The translations under genes were made by a program, and so were the position numbers. A DNA stretch of 64,000 bases from Octopus bimaculoides (taxonomy: Eukaryota): NCBI RefSeq assembly GCF_001194135.2, contig NC_068989.1, forward strand, positions 94,179,163 to 94,243,162, given 5' to 3'. Shown here piece by piece: positions 38,423 to 52,351 of the stretch (position 1 is the stretch's first letter; the number at the start of each line of letters is the position of its first letter). Under the pieces are notes generated by a model. That model made no database searches and had not been told where the DNA came from. It saw nothing but the letters and a program-made list of their open reading frames with translations.

Positions 38423-41400
38423 AACTACCTTTTTTCACTATAGGTACATGTGTGCTCATCTATATGAATGTGAGACGAGAGATTCAAAGATGGAACGCAT
38501 TTATAGGTAAACAGCCGAGTTGGTAGATAGTAACAGTGGAAGAGCGAGTATTCTGAGAGAAGGCATCAAGATTAGCGTCGTTAGACATTAACATATTACT
38601 GTACAAGTCTATATCGTGAGTTACGTACCATCTCTACCCCCAACTTATTCGCTGCTCTCACAATCTACAGTATTCTCAAAATCTAGTAAATTGACTTTTA
38701 TAGTTGAACTGAAGACATCGAAATGGCGACTGTCATCAACCTTGTTTTCATTCCCTTAAAAATCACACAACCTGAAAAGGGCACGTTGCTGTATTGGAGA
38801 ATCACCCTGTGTCCAATATGGGTTATGTTGAACTCGTGACTAGGAAAAGTAGAAAACATGGAAAGAGGCATCTAAGAAACTATACAAGGATTCTCGGACC
38901 ATTATTAGTAATCTACTATAACTGACAATCGTGGGGACCAGTAATGTGGCCGGCAGATAAAACATTGTAAAAGGCAGAATACCACCCTTGCAAATGTCTT
39001 TTATTGTCGACCCAACAAAGCGTTGTTGTTGCGATTCTGTAAACTGAAGTTTTGTAGGGTTTTACTGAAGGTATATTTATGTACCCTTATCGTATTGTTA
39101 TACTTTGGCCCAGTTTGACATCTGAATTATGTTACAAGCATTCACTCTCATTCTTCGGCCTGAGTATTGCCCGCCTCCTAACAAAAAGTCTTAGGTGCTG
39201 TGCGTCTCTCATTCCAGAATCGGTCATATTTTGAGTAAGATGTTAAAGGAATAGTTCAGAAATAGTTTAATCATATTTAATCATTTTTGTTTTCGAAATT
39301 TAACTAAGTTTTAAGTTTGTAATTTGAATATTTTTATTAAGCCAAACAAATTGAAACAGAAAGCTATTGATTGCGAAACATTTCCACTTCAGACGCATAT
39401 ATATTTAATCACACACAAATTTGTATTCCTAACCTGTTTCATTTCTTTAGCAAATTTCACATTCCCGATACTGATCAGTTTGCTTTTGTGGGTGGTTGGG
39501 GAGAACTCGTTAAAATAAAATTTCTAACCATTTTCTCATTAGTACACATAGACAGCTTTTAATTTAACTCATGGAAATTATTATAGGACAGATAATTGAT
39601 TAATTAAATCTAGCAGATATAACTGATCTTTTCTGCTTTGTTAGCGCCATTGCTCTTTACCCAACATAATAGAAGTTTATTATTGCAATTCATTCGTATG
39701 TTTCTATATCTTTTGTATTGATAGAAATTAAAAACAGTGAAAATGTTTTATAGTCATTGACGGCCATAGTGATATTTTTCGTGTGTGAGTCAACAAAGTT
39801 TTCTATTACTGTAAATAAATCAGCTTCTTTTGTTCAAATTGCTATAGCTTAAACTAATGGCGCATTCATTCAGGCCGTTATTCATTTATCCGCTACTAAT
39901 ATATGGCCAGATCCACATCGTAATAATATTTCTATCGATTATATTATACATACATACATACATACATATACATACATATATATATAAATGTGTTTGTGTG
40001 CGTATTTATGTATATTTCAGATCTCCCAGATCTCAAGGTTTTATATACAAAACTATCCAAATAGTTCTCATTCAACGTTTTAGTACAAAGTTACAAGTGA
40101 GAGTGTTGTAAAATTCTATGTTTCGTTTGTTTAATAACAGGAAAATGACAAAATTTATTACACGCCATTTTTGTATTGCTGACCATTGTCGTATAATTTT
40201 ACTACAGTCTTCGAAACGTAACTCGAAATGTTATGCCTTTATTTTGTGAAAGCATCTACATACGTGTAGACTCAAACAAAAGCAACACAAAATAGAGACA
40301 AATAGCCTGCTTTTTGCTCAACTGTTACAACAATAACAACTGCTGCTACTACTAGGACTACCACTATTACTACTGCTTCACCTCCTCCTCCACCACCTCC
40401 CCCTACTAATATTCAAATTTGCTCTACCCAGACACTCACTCCCTGAAACCTTCAGTCCTCTGACCCGCGTTGTGTTCTTCGAAATTTTTACCCTTGTGTA
40501 ACCCTTAAAATAAATTACATGTCTCAAGGAACCCCTGCACAAAAAAAAAATTATATACCATATCTTATATTTTTTCATCGTAGTTCGCGTGGTAAATATC
40601 AGATAGATAGATAGAAATAGGGTAGCCATAAATAAGATATCCCTAAACGTATCCCCAATGGTTGTTATATTTTTTTGATAACATAATAGGCTAGATAGGG
40701 TGATGTCTATATTACAATATTACGATAACCAATAAAATGTTGTGCATGTATAGTAATATTACGATCATGGAATTAGCATATCTCACGCTTTCTCACGAAA
40801 CCCCTAGGAATCTTTTTTCGGAACCCCGGTTGAGAAACGTTGTCGTACAGTATGGAGGGATGATATAATAATATACATAACCTGTATAGTAGATGTATAG
40901 ATAGGCCAATTTATCTATTTCTAAACTGACGAACAACAGCCTTATTCGATTATCGAACCTTATGGGCTGCTCATCAGAGGTGTCTAGAAATTGACTTAAA
41001 TAAACAACCCCATCTTTTAGGTCAGCGAACGTTAATATTTATTTAGTAATTCAGTGATTTTGTTCTTTGTAAAGTACAGTATATTTTTGATATTGTCAAA
41101 TAAAAGCTGTACTATTAGAAAATACAATCCCCAATTTAAAAAGATGATTTAAATCATATCATAATCATAATAGTCGAAGAGAATTTAATTTCAGTTATTT
41201 CACATTGTAAGTTCACCTTCAACAACAATGCTAAAATTTGTAGCAAAACGACAAAGAGAAATACAAGAATTGATGACAAATGTTTTCGTCACATGATAGG
41301 AGAAATAAAAAAAAGATGACATAGAAAGTTTTTAAGTGACGAATTGTCACACTTTATGTTTATAGAAACATAGACAGAGAAACAGGCAGCTACGTGAGTA

Positions 41401-42651
41401 CGTTGTTCTAATCATATGAGCAGAGAGTCAGACATAGAAGAAAAGTGCATAGTAAGTAACCTGCAAAGGTAAATAGCTATTAATCTAGTGTTATTTTACT
41501 TATTAGTGAATAAATATAATTTCCGAAACAAAAGCACATGTTGAAAATTGGCCACGGAAACGTCACGAACACGTTATTGAACTGTTATACTAAAATCAAT
41601 AAAATGATTGGACATGTAACACAACCAGCCATGATGATAACTTCCAAAATCGAGAGAAACATCTTTAAAAACGTGAGCTTAGCGCATTGTTAAAATCCGG
41701 TCCATTCAATGCATGAATGTGCTAAAATCACCTCCCCAAATGTTGCTACTACTACTACTACTACTACTACTCCTGCTGCTGCTCGTTATTGAGATCTCTG
41801 ACAAAATGCAGTACTTTTACCAATTCTTTCACATTCTTCTCCGCTTACCGCCTCAAGCCATATACGCTTACTTAGAGATGGAACGGCGAAATACTTCGAA
41901 TATTTCACCAGCGTACAACAGGCAAAGATTATTTTGAAAGATAGATGAAAATAAATAAAGCTGTCTCAAAAGAATCCTAAGCAGCACCTATATATTAGTA
42001 CTTAGAAAAAGCAGTGAAATTTTCACAACGAAAAATAATTCTTTAAAACCTACACAGGAGAAGCCTCTGAAGAAAAACGTAAATAAGTAACCCCAACAAA
42101 ATAGAGACACTGGTGACGACATTTATGAGTGCAGTGTATGTAATTATTGACGTCATCGTGTGTTTATGTTTAGTTGAGTATATATATATATGTGCGTGCG
42201 CGCGTGCGTGCGTGCGTGTGTGTATTCATACTCACACAAAGATGCACACACGTATAACACAATCCTATGTGTATAAATGGACATGTATGAACGTGTGTGT
42301 GAGTGCGCTCGCTCATACTCTTAATGCATATGTGAATTAGAGCAAAACTACAAACTTGAGATAGATTTACCTCCTCATTACACTAGACATATACTGATAA
42401 GAAGAAGAGACATGACACCAGCGTAAATAATAGTGACAATTGTCTCATAAAAAAGACTGGGTGAACACTTTCTAGGAACAGAAAATCTTTTTATGAAAAC
42501 AAAATCCGTTACTGTATGTTTTCTCTTGATATTGTATTTAAAAATTATTTTTCTCTAGAAATATTATTTTGTGAAAATATTAACCAGCATATACCTTTAT
42601 TAAAACGAAAAGAACTTACACAAGCCAAATATCATACCTCTTGTATGGGCA

Positions 42652-42772
42652 AAGGGAAATGAAGCGTTTTGCTCAAGAACACAACGCGTCACCCGGTCCA
42701 GGAATCGAAACCACAATCTTATGATCTTGATGCTGACGCCCTAACCACTAAGCCACGCGCTTCAACACACAC
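42652..42772 (-). mobile_element. tRNA-derived SINE head
   Basis: Reverse complement has A-box-like tggcttagtgg, B-box-like ggtttcgattcc, then gtgttcttgagcaaaac. Confidence 0.75.
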
Positions 42773-42874
42773 ACACACACACACACGCACAAACACATAC
42801 ACACACACACAAACACACACATATNNNNNNNNNNACACACGCACAAACACATACACACACACACAAACACACAC

Positions 42875-42922
<48 letters not shown>

Positions 42923-43311
42923 ACCACGCACACAAGCACATGTATGTATATAGCTATCTCGCTATGTTTGCATGTGCATATATGCGTGCGTGTGTATACC
43001 TGTATTGAAGCTTATATAAATATACAATGTTACAGACCAGACCGATATTTAACTGAATGTTTTCTTTCGTTCAGAAAGTTAAATTTAACAAAAGTTATAA
43101 ATGATAGTTAAAAATGAAAAATATCTTCCCGTTTCTCTGATAGGTTTGTTAATATAATACCAATTAACTTCTCAACTTTTGGCTACCATCTTTAAACTAA
43201 CATGTGAAAAATGGCAAGAACTATTGATGAAATATTTAAATAATTACATGAGGTTAGACTGTTTATGACAGATAAAAGTAGAATCCATAAAATGGAGAAA
43301 CTATACTGCTT

Positions 43312-43366
<55 letters not shown>

Positions 43367-44200
43367 TTATACATGTGTTTGTGTCTGCGTGTGGTGCATA
43401 TATATATATATATGAATAAATATGTATTTATGTATTGCACGTATATACAGATAATTTCCTGAAGCATAGAGAAAAATTTTCGCATGTGTAATATTGTGCA
43501 AATGGATGATAAACTGACTGTTGTTCGCTCTTTAGGTGACCTACAATTTTTTAATGAATGCAATTTCCCTTTAACAGGAATGGAAGGTCAAACAGCCTGA
43601 AAATTATTTCAATCTCAGAGGATAATGTATATCTCGACTGAACTTACGTAATGTTTCGCAAATAATATATTGTCCCACTGGGGCAAAGTTCCATAATAGA
43701 CTGCATGAGCAGAGATCATATTTTCCACTTCATAATCTTGCATATCATAAGAATAAAGGAGAGTTAGGAATTCCAAAAATAATTTATCATTTTTCTGTTG
43801 GTTGCTTCAACAATCCAGGCATTCTAAGAGACGTTTATCTATGTGCATATGTGTGTGTGTGTGTCACTATAGTGACGTTTCTGATTTAGCGATCATTCTA
43901 ACACGCTTATAACTGCTTCTGGTAGCTGTCAGAGAGATGATATCTTTAAACAGAAAGAAAGTCATTTGCAAGCTAAATATCTATTGGGATATGCATTTCT
44001 GTTGAAAAATGTTCATCTCGAAGACAGTTGAAAACTTTAAACGAATTATCCTTGTCAAAGATCTTACAATTTGTAATGTCATTAGGGTGATAATGCAACT
44101 TGGTCTTTTACTGTAATCCAGCGAACCAAACAAAGAGCGAAAAACACTGCTTGCATTTTCGATGTAAATATCTTAAAGCTAAATATTGTACATCAAAAAC

Positions 44201-44420
44201 GCGACGCGGGCTGGGAGAATCGTCAGCCTGGTGGGGAAAATGCTCAGCAGCATTTCGTTCGTCTTCACGTTCTCAGTTCAAATTCTATGAAGATGAACTT
44301 TGTCTTTCCGTCTTTCCGTCTTTCGGGGTGGATAAATATATACCAGTCGAGTACTGGGGTCAATGTAAGCGACTTCTCTTTACCAGAAATTGCAGGCCAC
44401 GTGCCAAAATCTGAAACCAA
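44201..44420 (+). mobile_element. SINE family 2, degenerate
   Basis: gggaaaatgctcagcagcatttcg...gttcaaattc...ggggtggataaa...actggggtcaatgtaa...gtgccaaaatctgaaacc. Confidence 0.75.
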
Positions 44421-44625
44421 TATTATATATATCAATAAATATACACACAGAAGCATAATATATCCGTATTCACACACATGTAATAAAATCAGTAAAATCG
44501 ATACATATATATTTTATTTTACGGGGGAGGGAGAGGTGTGTGTGTGTATGTATGTATGTGTGTGGACGAGTGCGTGCATGAGTTTTATGCATGTACATAC
44601 GCGCGCGCACACACACACACACACA

Positions 44626-44657
<32 letters not shown>

Positions 44658-46461
44658 AAACATGAATCAATCATCATACCGAACAATTGCACAACGATTC
44701 GTCTTGCATAAAACATTGATTATTTTCTATGAACAATCCATGATTGGGAAAGTAAAACTTCGTAAAGTCCTACCTATCTATTATACAATGGAAGCTGAAA
44801 GACATTCTTATACAATTAAGTGCTGTATTGTATCGCTAGAAATATGGACGTGAAAGGTATTTAATACAATAGACAACCATGTATGCATTTGTAAATGTTT
44901 TATTTTTTCCTGATAATTAAATATCAATGACACTTTAACCCTCAACTGCAATTATGAATAAACGTAAGTAGATGCCTATAAATAGTTATTTGAATGCATA
45001 TTTTTATGTTTTCAGAAATATTGCTCATCTATTGTCATGAATTACAGAAGTAATTTTTTTATGTTTCATCGCATAGTATAATTAAACTCTAATTAGGAAG
45101 ATATGCTAAGATTGGATTCGTCAGTCATAATGAAAACGTATTACGTCTCGCAAGAAATATCAGTTTTAAATATTCTACCGAAATTTGTTAATTAAAAAAT
45201 ATTGTTGCCATGCTGATATTCAAGAGAACAGTAATTTGTTAAATTAGTCTAACAGCATAAGTATATAAGCTACCAGGAAACAAGAATTTCATTGAATATC
45301 CCAGAATAGATAATATTCGACCACACACTACTGAACATACATATACACGTACGCTTTCACAGACATACATAGACACTCAAATATATCTTTGCATGCATAT
45401 GTGTATATTTTTTGCTTTTATTCATTAGATATTTTCTGATTTAAACATTAAATTCATCCAAGATATGTTTTATGGGAAAAATTGATATAATAAATCATGC
45501 CGTATGAAATTAGTTGGAGAACACGAGGAAGACTAATTTCTGATTCACCCTACTTTATGCCGTTGCATTCTTTATGCATGGGCGATTCTTTGGAATACCG
45601 GAGCAACGACTCGTAGTTTTTTATTATGGTTCATTATCTTCGGAGTATCACTAGTGTAAATCGTGCCGTGATCTACTTTATTTTTCATTTGTCTGGGGTC
45701 GAGATAAACATGTACCAGGCAAATGCTGGGGTCAATGTAATTAACGCATTGCCTTTATGTAATGAATCAATGTAAATAAAATCCAGTGGAAGTTAACTAC
45801 TATGTCTTGAAATCATATCAAAATACAACAACATTGTTTCTGACTTATGGTGCATCTTGTTGAAATATATACAATGTCAGCGTGAAAACAAGGGTGAGGT
45901 CTGGGAAATGGTGCATTCATGAATATTGAAATATGATTTAGGTTTGATAAAATAGGTTTGCATAGCGACGATGGATTCACTGTTTTATGTAATACGAATG
46001 ATGATAAATGTGATAGGATAAGAATATTTGAGTTCTTTTGAAGAGTTCAAAGAAATTTTCTATGAAGTATCAATTGTTTTGAGCAGGTTGTAAACAACGC
46101 GTTAAAACACAGAAACAATTCGATATTCATATTTACTTAGAAAATCCTTTACGCAGGTTAGGTATCAAACATTTTCCAAAGGGTGACTTTTTAAAAGACT
46201 ATATCATTCAAATCAAATCTACGGATAATGAATATTTCGATTGGGTATCGTACATCTACGCAAATTATAGCTGTATTTGGGGTTAATTAAAAGTGTACAG
46301 TTTGATTGGTATCAAGAAACATACAACATAAACATAACTGTTTCTGATTTGCATGGATATCAGAATAATTAATAACGGAACATAATTCGATGAGACAAAA
46401 TAATAGCGTTTGAAAATTACTATTTTTAAATCTCACAACGAAAGATATTCAGCAACAGGAC

Positions 46462-46658
46462 TTTCGAGTAAAGATTGTTTGCCAACATAACAGGTTTTGA
46501 GCCGGGTGGGGTTGCTAGATTCCCTTGTTCGAAAATATAAGGACACAGATCGTGTCGTATAGCTAGTTTGAGACGATGTCTCCTGGGGCTAAATTACAGC
46601 AACGTTCGTCCTAAACCAGGACTGCCATGTTATGCTGGCAAACAGTCTTTACTCCAAA
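46462..46658. mobile_element. ~195-bp MITE-like element with 27-31-bp terminal inverted repeats
   Basis: gagtaaagattgtttgccaacataaca (46466-46492) versus reverse complement of 46628-46654, 25/27 match; no TSD seen. Confidence 0.6.
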
Positions 46659-47554
46659 ATAATAGCGTATTAAAATATCTATCGACATCAAAATAAGCGT
46701 TCTAATGTAATAGTTTAAGCAATTTCCTCCCAACAGTAAGAGTTTAATAATAAGCAGTTGCCTAAGCTGGTATCATGAAAATTACATCAAGCTATGGGAA
46801 GCACGACAATCATACAATATTAGTGAAATTACTATTGAAAGAAGTTCTTCCCAACGTGCCATCCTATACAGAAATAAAATAGGTGGCATTTGCGGAGACT
46901 TTCTTTGTATATCGAAAAACACTGATTTTCACCCCTACCAGTTTCCTCTGGAATTGTAGAAGTTTTGAACAGTCGTATAATCCATAATTTCAGAATCAGT
47001 TAGAAGAGAACACACATGAACTATTTCGTTACTGCTTCCCCGACTTTTAATTTTACTGCTTTACGGTCAATATTTACAAGCTTGTAATACAATGGTTTAA
47101 TACAGATATAAAGGTTCTTTTAAATATTGCCTTTGAGTTTCTTAAACTTTACGTCGAAATATTATCATTTAACTCGGGTTTCTTTCCCCTTACTTGAGTG
47201 CTAGTTTAATATTTGCATTAATTTAAAAGGTTGTCTATATTAAAGCAGACATGTAAGTAATTCATTACTTATGAAATATAATAAAATAGATTACCTTTGC
47301 ATGTTTTAATTTGTGAAACAATCGTTGTGATATAAGAATTTCAAATGGTTAAATAAATTTTATCATATTTCTCTCATCATTTATAAACTGATACACTTCT
47401 TATGATTTTCTCTTGAAGCATACTATACGTTCTAATAGTTTGTAGAATAATACATTTACGTGCATTACTTGAATCTATATAGTGAATTAAACACACACGC
47501 ATTTCGATTTACATGGAATAGACATATAGATAGATGAGATACATTTATGAAGAT

Positions 47555-47760
47555 AAGGCGACGAGCTGGAATAAAGGTTAGCACGCCGGGCGAAATGCTT
47601 AGCGGTATTTCGTTTGTCTCTACGTTCTGAGTTCAAATTCCGTGGAAGTCAACATTTCCTTTCGGGGTCGATAAATTAAGTACCATTTGCGTACTGGGGT
47701 CGATCTAATCGACTGGCCCCCTCCCAAAAAGTTTCGGGCCTTGTTCCTAGAGTTGAAAAG
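47555..47760 (+). mobile_element. SINE family 2, full length
   Basis: aaggcgacgagctgg...ttagcacgccgggcgaaatgcttagcggtatttcg...ggggtcgataaattaagtacc...ggggtcgatctaatcgactggcccc. Confidence 0.9.
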
Positions 47761-47827
47761 ATATATTTATGAATATATATGTGTGTGTACGGCCTTTTAA
47801 CTTGTGTTCTTTTTATTTTAGATTTGC

Positions 47828-47894
<67 letters not shown>

Positions 47895-48080
47895 ACAGTT
47901 ATTGTGCAGTTTATGAAAACAGTATAAGCGTACTAGTGATGTTAATGAAACATTATTCAGAAATCCCCGGCCGTATTGCGCTTCACCTGTGGCGGTTTAT
48001 TATTAAAACTTATGTCGATTCTTTGTGGTGTTGTTTTGCAGTTATAATAAAATAAATATGTACATATTATAAAAATAATA

Positions 48081-48156
48081 GTGTTTCTACTTTGCGGATT
48101 TTGACCTATCGCGAGGGGTGGAACATAACACCTGCGATAGTCGACGAATTACTGTA
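48081..48156 (-). mobile_element. Pogo/Tigger-like MITE end (relic)
   Basis: Minus strand begins TA-CAGTAATTCGTCGACTATCGC, a CAGT terminus on TA, with an internal ctatcgc...gcgatag hairpin. Confidence 0.4.
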
Positions 48157-48199
48157 ATTATATTTCTGAGCAAATAATGGGTTAATATAGCATTAAATG

Positions 48200-48409
48200 C
48201 AGGAGGAAGGCTTCTTTTAGATCTGCTGGTTCACTCTTGAGTTTCTTATTACTCACCTACCTACCTACCTACCTCCCTGTGAATATATATGTTTGTGTGT
48301 ATATACACATTTGCGTATGGAGGAAAGTAAGTAGGTAGGTAGGTAGGTACGTACGTACGTACGTACGTACGTAGGTAGGTAGTAAGAAACTCAAGGAAGC
48401 CTCCTCCTG
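48200..48409. repeat. Imperfect foldback with (CCTA)n/(TAGG)n-bearing arms
   Basis: caggagga(a)ggcttc and cttgagtttctta on the left are mirrored by taagaaactcaaggaagcctcctcctg on the right. Confidence 0.7.
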
Positions 48410-49029
48410 GTTTTGTGTGACGTAAATATTTTGATTCTTTATTTTCACTGTAATGCATTACGTATTTATGAACATAAATATTACCAGCATATTAAATATT
48501 TATCGTTGTTGATGTATAAAATCATCTCGGATATATTATTCTCAGTATATTTGATAAACATCTGCAACGAACACGTAATGAATTAAAGAACAAACAAATA
48601 ATAATTCAATTATCCGTTGCTGTATTGGGAGCAGAATGAGATTACATTGAGTACTGGGTAGTTTACTCATTATTTAGAATATAGATAAATTCAAGTGAGC
48701 CTTTATTTAATAAGCCTAAAAGTACGTGAATATTAATGAGCCTTAGTACTTGCAAAACTGGGAGGAAAATGCCGGACAAAATGCCTTAGTGTATTTGGTA
48801 CGTACTTTTAGGTTTGTCTGAATATGCAACTGAGTTTGACTGTCTCTTTCTGGAGTGGTGAAATAATTTAAATTTAATTAGGCGGGGGCGAAATGAACGA
48901 GAGACAACATCCACAAAATGTGACATTGGGAATGTATAACAGGTGATGCTCCAGTATGGCTGCAGTCAATTGACTGAAAGGAGTAAAAGATTAAAAAAAT
49001 AGAATATACATATATAAATTGGAATTTAC

Positions 49030-49170
49030 AAAAAAAAAAGACGAAGACGGATGTGTAAACAACAAACAGATGTATTAGTTTAACGCTCGGGAAGTGAGAA
49101 AGTCTTTTACATTTCGAGCCTATGCTCTTCGACAGAAAGGAACACAGAAATAAAGCGAGAGAGAAATTAA
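49030..49170 (-). mobile_element. Family B element, hammerhead-like motif at 49104-49139
   Basis: Reverse complement: cttt-CTGTCGA-A-GAGC-ATAG-GCTC-GAAAT-GT-A-aaag. Confidence 0.8.
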
Positions 49171-49203
49171 GGAAAGGTTTAGTGGCTAGCGATCAATCAT
49201 GGC

Positions 49204-49240
<37 letters not shown>

Positions 49241-49493
49241 NNNNNNNNNNNNNNNNNNNNNNNNNNNNNNNNNNNNNNNNNNNNNNNNNNNNNNNNNNNN
49301 NNNNNNNNNNNNNNNNNNNNNNNNNNNNNNNNNNNNNNNNNNNNNNNNNNNNNNNNNNNNNNNNNNNNNNNNNNNNNNNNNNNNNNNNNNNNNNNNNNNN
49401 NNNNNNNNNNNNNNNTATATATATGAGAGAGGGGATATGTGCAGTTTTCGTGTGGATGACTCAGACTTATAGGCATGCGTTCCGAGCGCTTTT

Positions 49494-50110
49494 GAGCTTC
49501 TGATCAACGAATGACTTGTGAGCGAATTTGGTGGGCAGAAATTACGTGGAATGCCGAGGTATACAGATATGTGCGTGCGAGTGTGTATGTGTGCGTGTGC
49601 GCATGCGTGCAGGTGCGCGCGTGCATGTGGGTGCGCGTGTTCGTCCGTGTGTGTATCAATATATATTCCTAGGCAATGGCAGACTAGCCAGGTTGCTAAC
49701 TTGCCGGATGGCAAGTGAGCCCCTGCGCCACTAGAATCCATATATGGTGGACCATGTTAGTATCTAAGGAGCCCATATCCTCGAGTCTGAGAATGTTTCA
49801 TTCATTAATTATTTCAGCCTGGCTGTATTTGCAGACAATTGAAAAGAATACTTTTTAAAAAAATAATTTATAGCATCATAGTTGCGGGTGGGCCTCCTTA
49901 TAGTTGCGGTTGAGCCCCCTTGGTCTCCTGGCGACCAATATTTTTAGACCCATTCCCCACTGTTCCTCGGCATTCCACGCAATTTCTGCCCACCAAATTC
50001 ACTCGCAAATCACTCATCGATCGGGAGTTTAAGAGACTTGACCAAATTGTCGTTCATTGGGTGCGAAACCGAAACCACGTAGTTACAAACCACGATCTTC
50101 TTAACGACAC
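49494..50110. mobile_element. Two inverted fragments of a family-1-related SINE variant (49494-49559 plus; 49955-50110 minus)
   Basis: cctcggcattccacgYaatttctgcccaccaaattc, 35/36 identical in inverted orientation. Confidence 0.75.
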
Positions 50111-50779
50111 AACGACGCCTGTGCCTCGACACCGAACACAACTTTTCATTAATGCATATGAAGCAAATTAAAATTTTTCTGAAAGTCAATTTCGTATTCG
50201 TTTTATGCATTAAAATTCCAAGAAGGTAAAATATGCGTTCCTTGTTGTTTTAAATGGGTTCCTTGTTGTTAAGATAAATTACTTTAATGAAATAGGACCA
50301 ACGATCAGCTCACGTCAATCTGCTTTTGAAATGATTTGCAGCATAGGAAAATTTCTTGGAACAACAATATTTCGATGATTGCCCACACAAATTAGTGATT
50401 ATTTATTGGGAGGAATAAAGAGTTATGAAAATAACTATGTATGATCGTTAATATGGAGATCTTCGTGGATTCCATTAGATAAATCGGAATAAAATATGAA
50501 ACGTAACCGCATAAAGCTATTGAATTTACGACACTACATACGAATGGAACAATGAAAATGATAAGTGGAGATTTGAACTAAGGAAATCATACAAGGGAAG
50601 GAAATACACAGGAAGTCTCAATCAGAAATCAATATGCCATTCATACGCACGTACACTAGTTAACCAAGTTTCATTCAAGCAGATAATTTTAGGATGGATC
50701 TTAAAAGTCGATGTGTGTACATGTAAAATGTCATCCTTCGAAAACCCTCAGCTGACAATAATGGAACCAGTGCGCAGTG

Positions 50780-51420
50780 GTCTAGAGTTACCTTTTAATA
50801 AAGCAACATTTCTATGTGCATTCTATACATAAAAACACACGCTCAGGGACGCATAAGAATACATCTTCCAAGATATAAATAGATTGGAAACAACTGTGGC
50901 TAGGATGTCCTCCGACACTCCTTAAAGTCCTGGGACTCCCGAATGAGGCCTCCATTAGATTCAGTTGAAATTTATATGCTTTTATACCGAAGAAATACGA
51001 GGTACCCAATGCAGAAGCCTGCCTCGTATTTCCCAATAATATTTTCTCTGTTCAGGTAACACAAGATCCGCTGGTCGGGTCACGTCCACCGTATGGATGT
51101 GAGTGAGCCAGCGAGTAACCAAAAACGTTTTCTATAGAGAAATGTCACTTGGCAGGAGTGACACAGATTTACTGCAGCTGCACTTTAAGAATATCTACAA
51201 CTGGCAAGGTGTCATATCTGACCATTTTAAATAGAGAAGCAGCCTGTCCAAGTGAAGATCAATCAGGAGAAAGAAAACTGATGGATGTAACGGAAGACAG
51301 GCGAATTCACTGCGAATAAGAAAGAATATTGCTTCTTGCCACAGGTATGGGTTGTGTGGCACTGACTGCCATTCATGCATCGGGCTTTTCGGCCAGACAA
51401 GGATGTTGAGGGTCATTAAT
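50780..51420 (+). pseudogene. RTE-clade LINE ORF 3' end, decayed
   Basis: Across frameshifts: IRWSGHVHRMD, TKNVFYREMSLGR, GERKLMDVTEDRR and CGTDCHSCIGLFGQTR, matching the RTE tail pattern LRWLGHVxRM...PKxILYGEL..G...C.RDCHSRIGLFSH. Confidence 0.75.
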
Positions 51421-52223
51421 GACAGCCGGTGCCCACTACTAGATTTATCTGTCCGTCTTTTTACCCAGATCAAAGTGTAACATAAGGGATGTATATGTAG
51501 AGGTTTGTTGAAAAGTGCTGATAATAAATCAACGAGCAATCCTACAAGTAACATATGCCACATAAAAAGAATGAACTTTTAAGTCGACTCCATTGTATAA
51601 GAGTGAAAGTTGACTTACATTATGCACACTAACAATGATTCATTTAATATGATGGTTCGGAGACCTCTGCAGTTATTCTTTGAGTATTTTCATACCCTAT
51701 GAATGTTAAAAGATAATTTATCAATGAAGATTGTTAGATCTAGGCTTATATTGTGACGGAATTCTTAAATCATTTATCAACTGACTCCAGCATAGCTTAC
51801 AATTGCTTTCATATTTCCAATCTGATAAGTGGCAATTTCATTGCTATAATGATATTTTAGCTGAATGTCCTTGAGTGACTATTAGATAAAGAGTTTTAAG
51901 CTCTATAGCTGTGGTCATTCGAGAGAATAAATCGATAGCAGTTTCATTTTCGTTACATAGGTGATCAAAATTGCTAATGATCAATTCGCTTATTATTCAT
52001 GCAGTGACGTTTCAAATATCCCAGAGATTAGTTCTTTTTTATCTTTTGATACGCTGTCTAGTTTGAAGTAGAAATAGTTCGCCGTTGCTTCTCAATGTAC
52101 ACGCTAAATGTATACAACTCATCCATCGTCAACAAAGCAGATATAAAGCAAAATAATACTGTAAAAATCAAATTCTAAAAACATCGTATGTCATGTGAAT
52201 AGATTAAATAGTTTTTATGCTCA

Positions 52224-52264
<41 letters not shown>

Positions 52265-52351
52265 AAATTGTGCAAACCAAATACAAAAACTATATAAATA
52301 TATATATGTGTGTGTGTGTGTAAATATGTATATATATTGTGTGTGCGTGTG

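Noticed and set aside
38760-38900. Possible CR1/L2 relic (CPIW...KVENMER-RASK)
   Set aside because: Needs a stop and a frameshift to align about 25 residues; not supportable by eye.
42775-42885. Tandem duplication across the 10-N gap
   Set aside because: Duplicated flanks at a minimal-size gap are typical of an unmerged contig overlap.
51056-51098. Apparent 43-nt exon or recursive splice site (ttttctctgttcag|GTAAC ... GAT|gtgagt)
   Set aside because: The same bases encode IRWSGHVHRMD within the RTE LINE relic, so the splice-like signals are most simply coincidental; exonisation would need RNA evidence.
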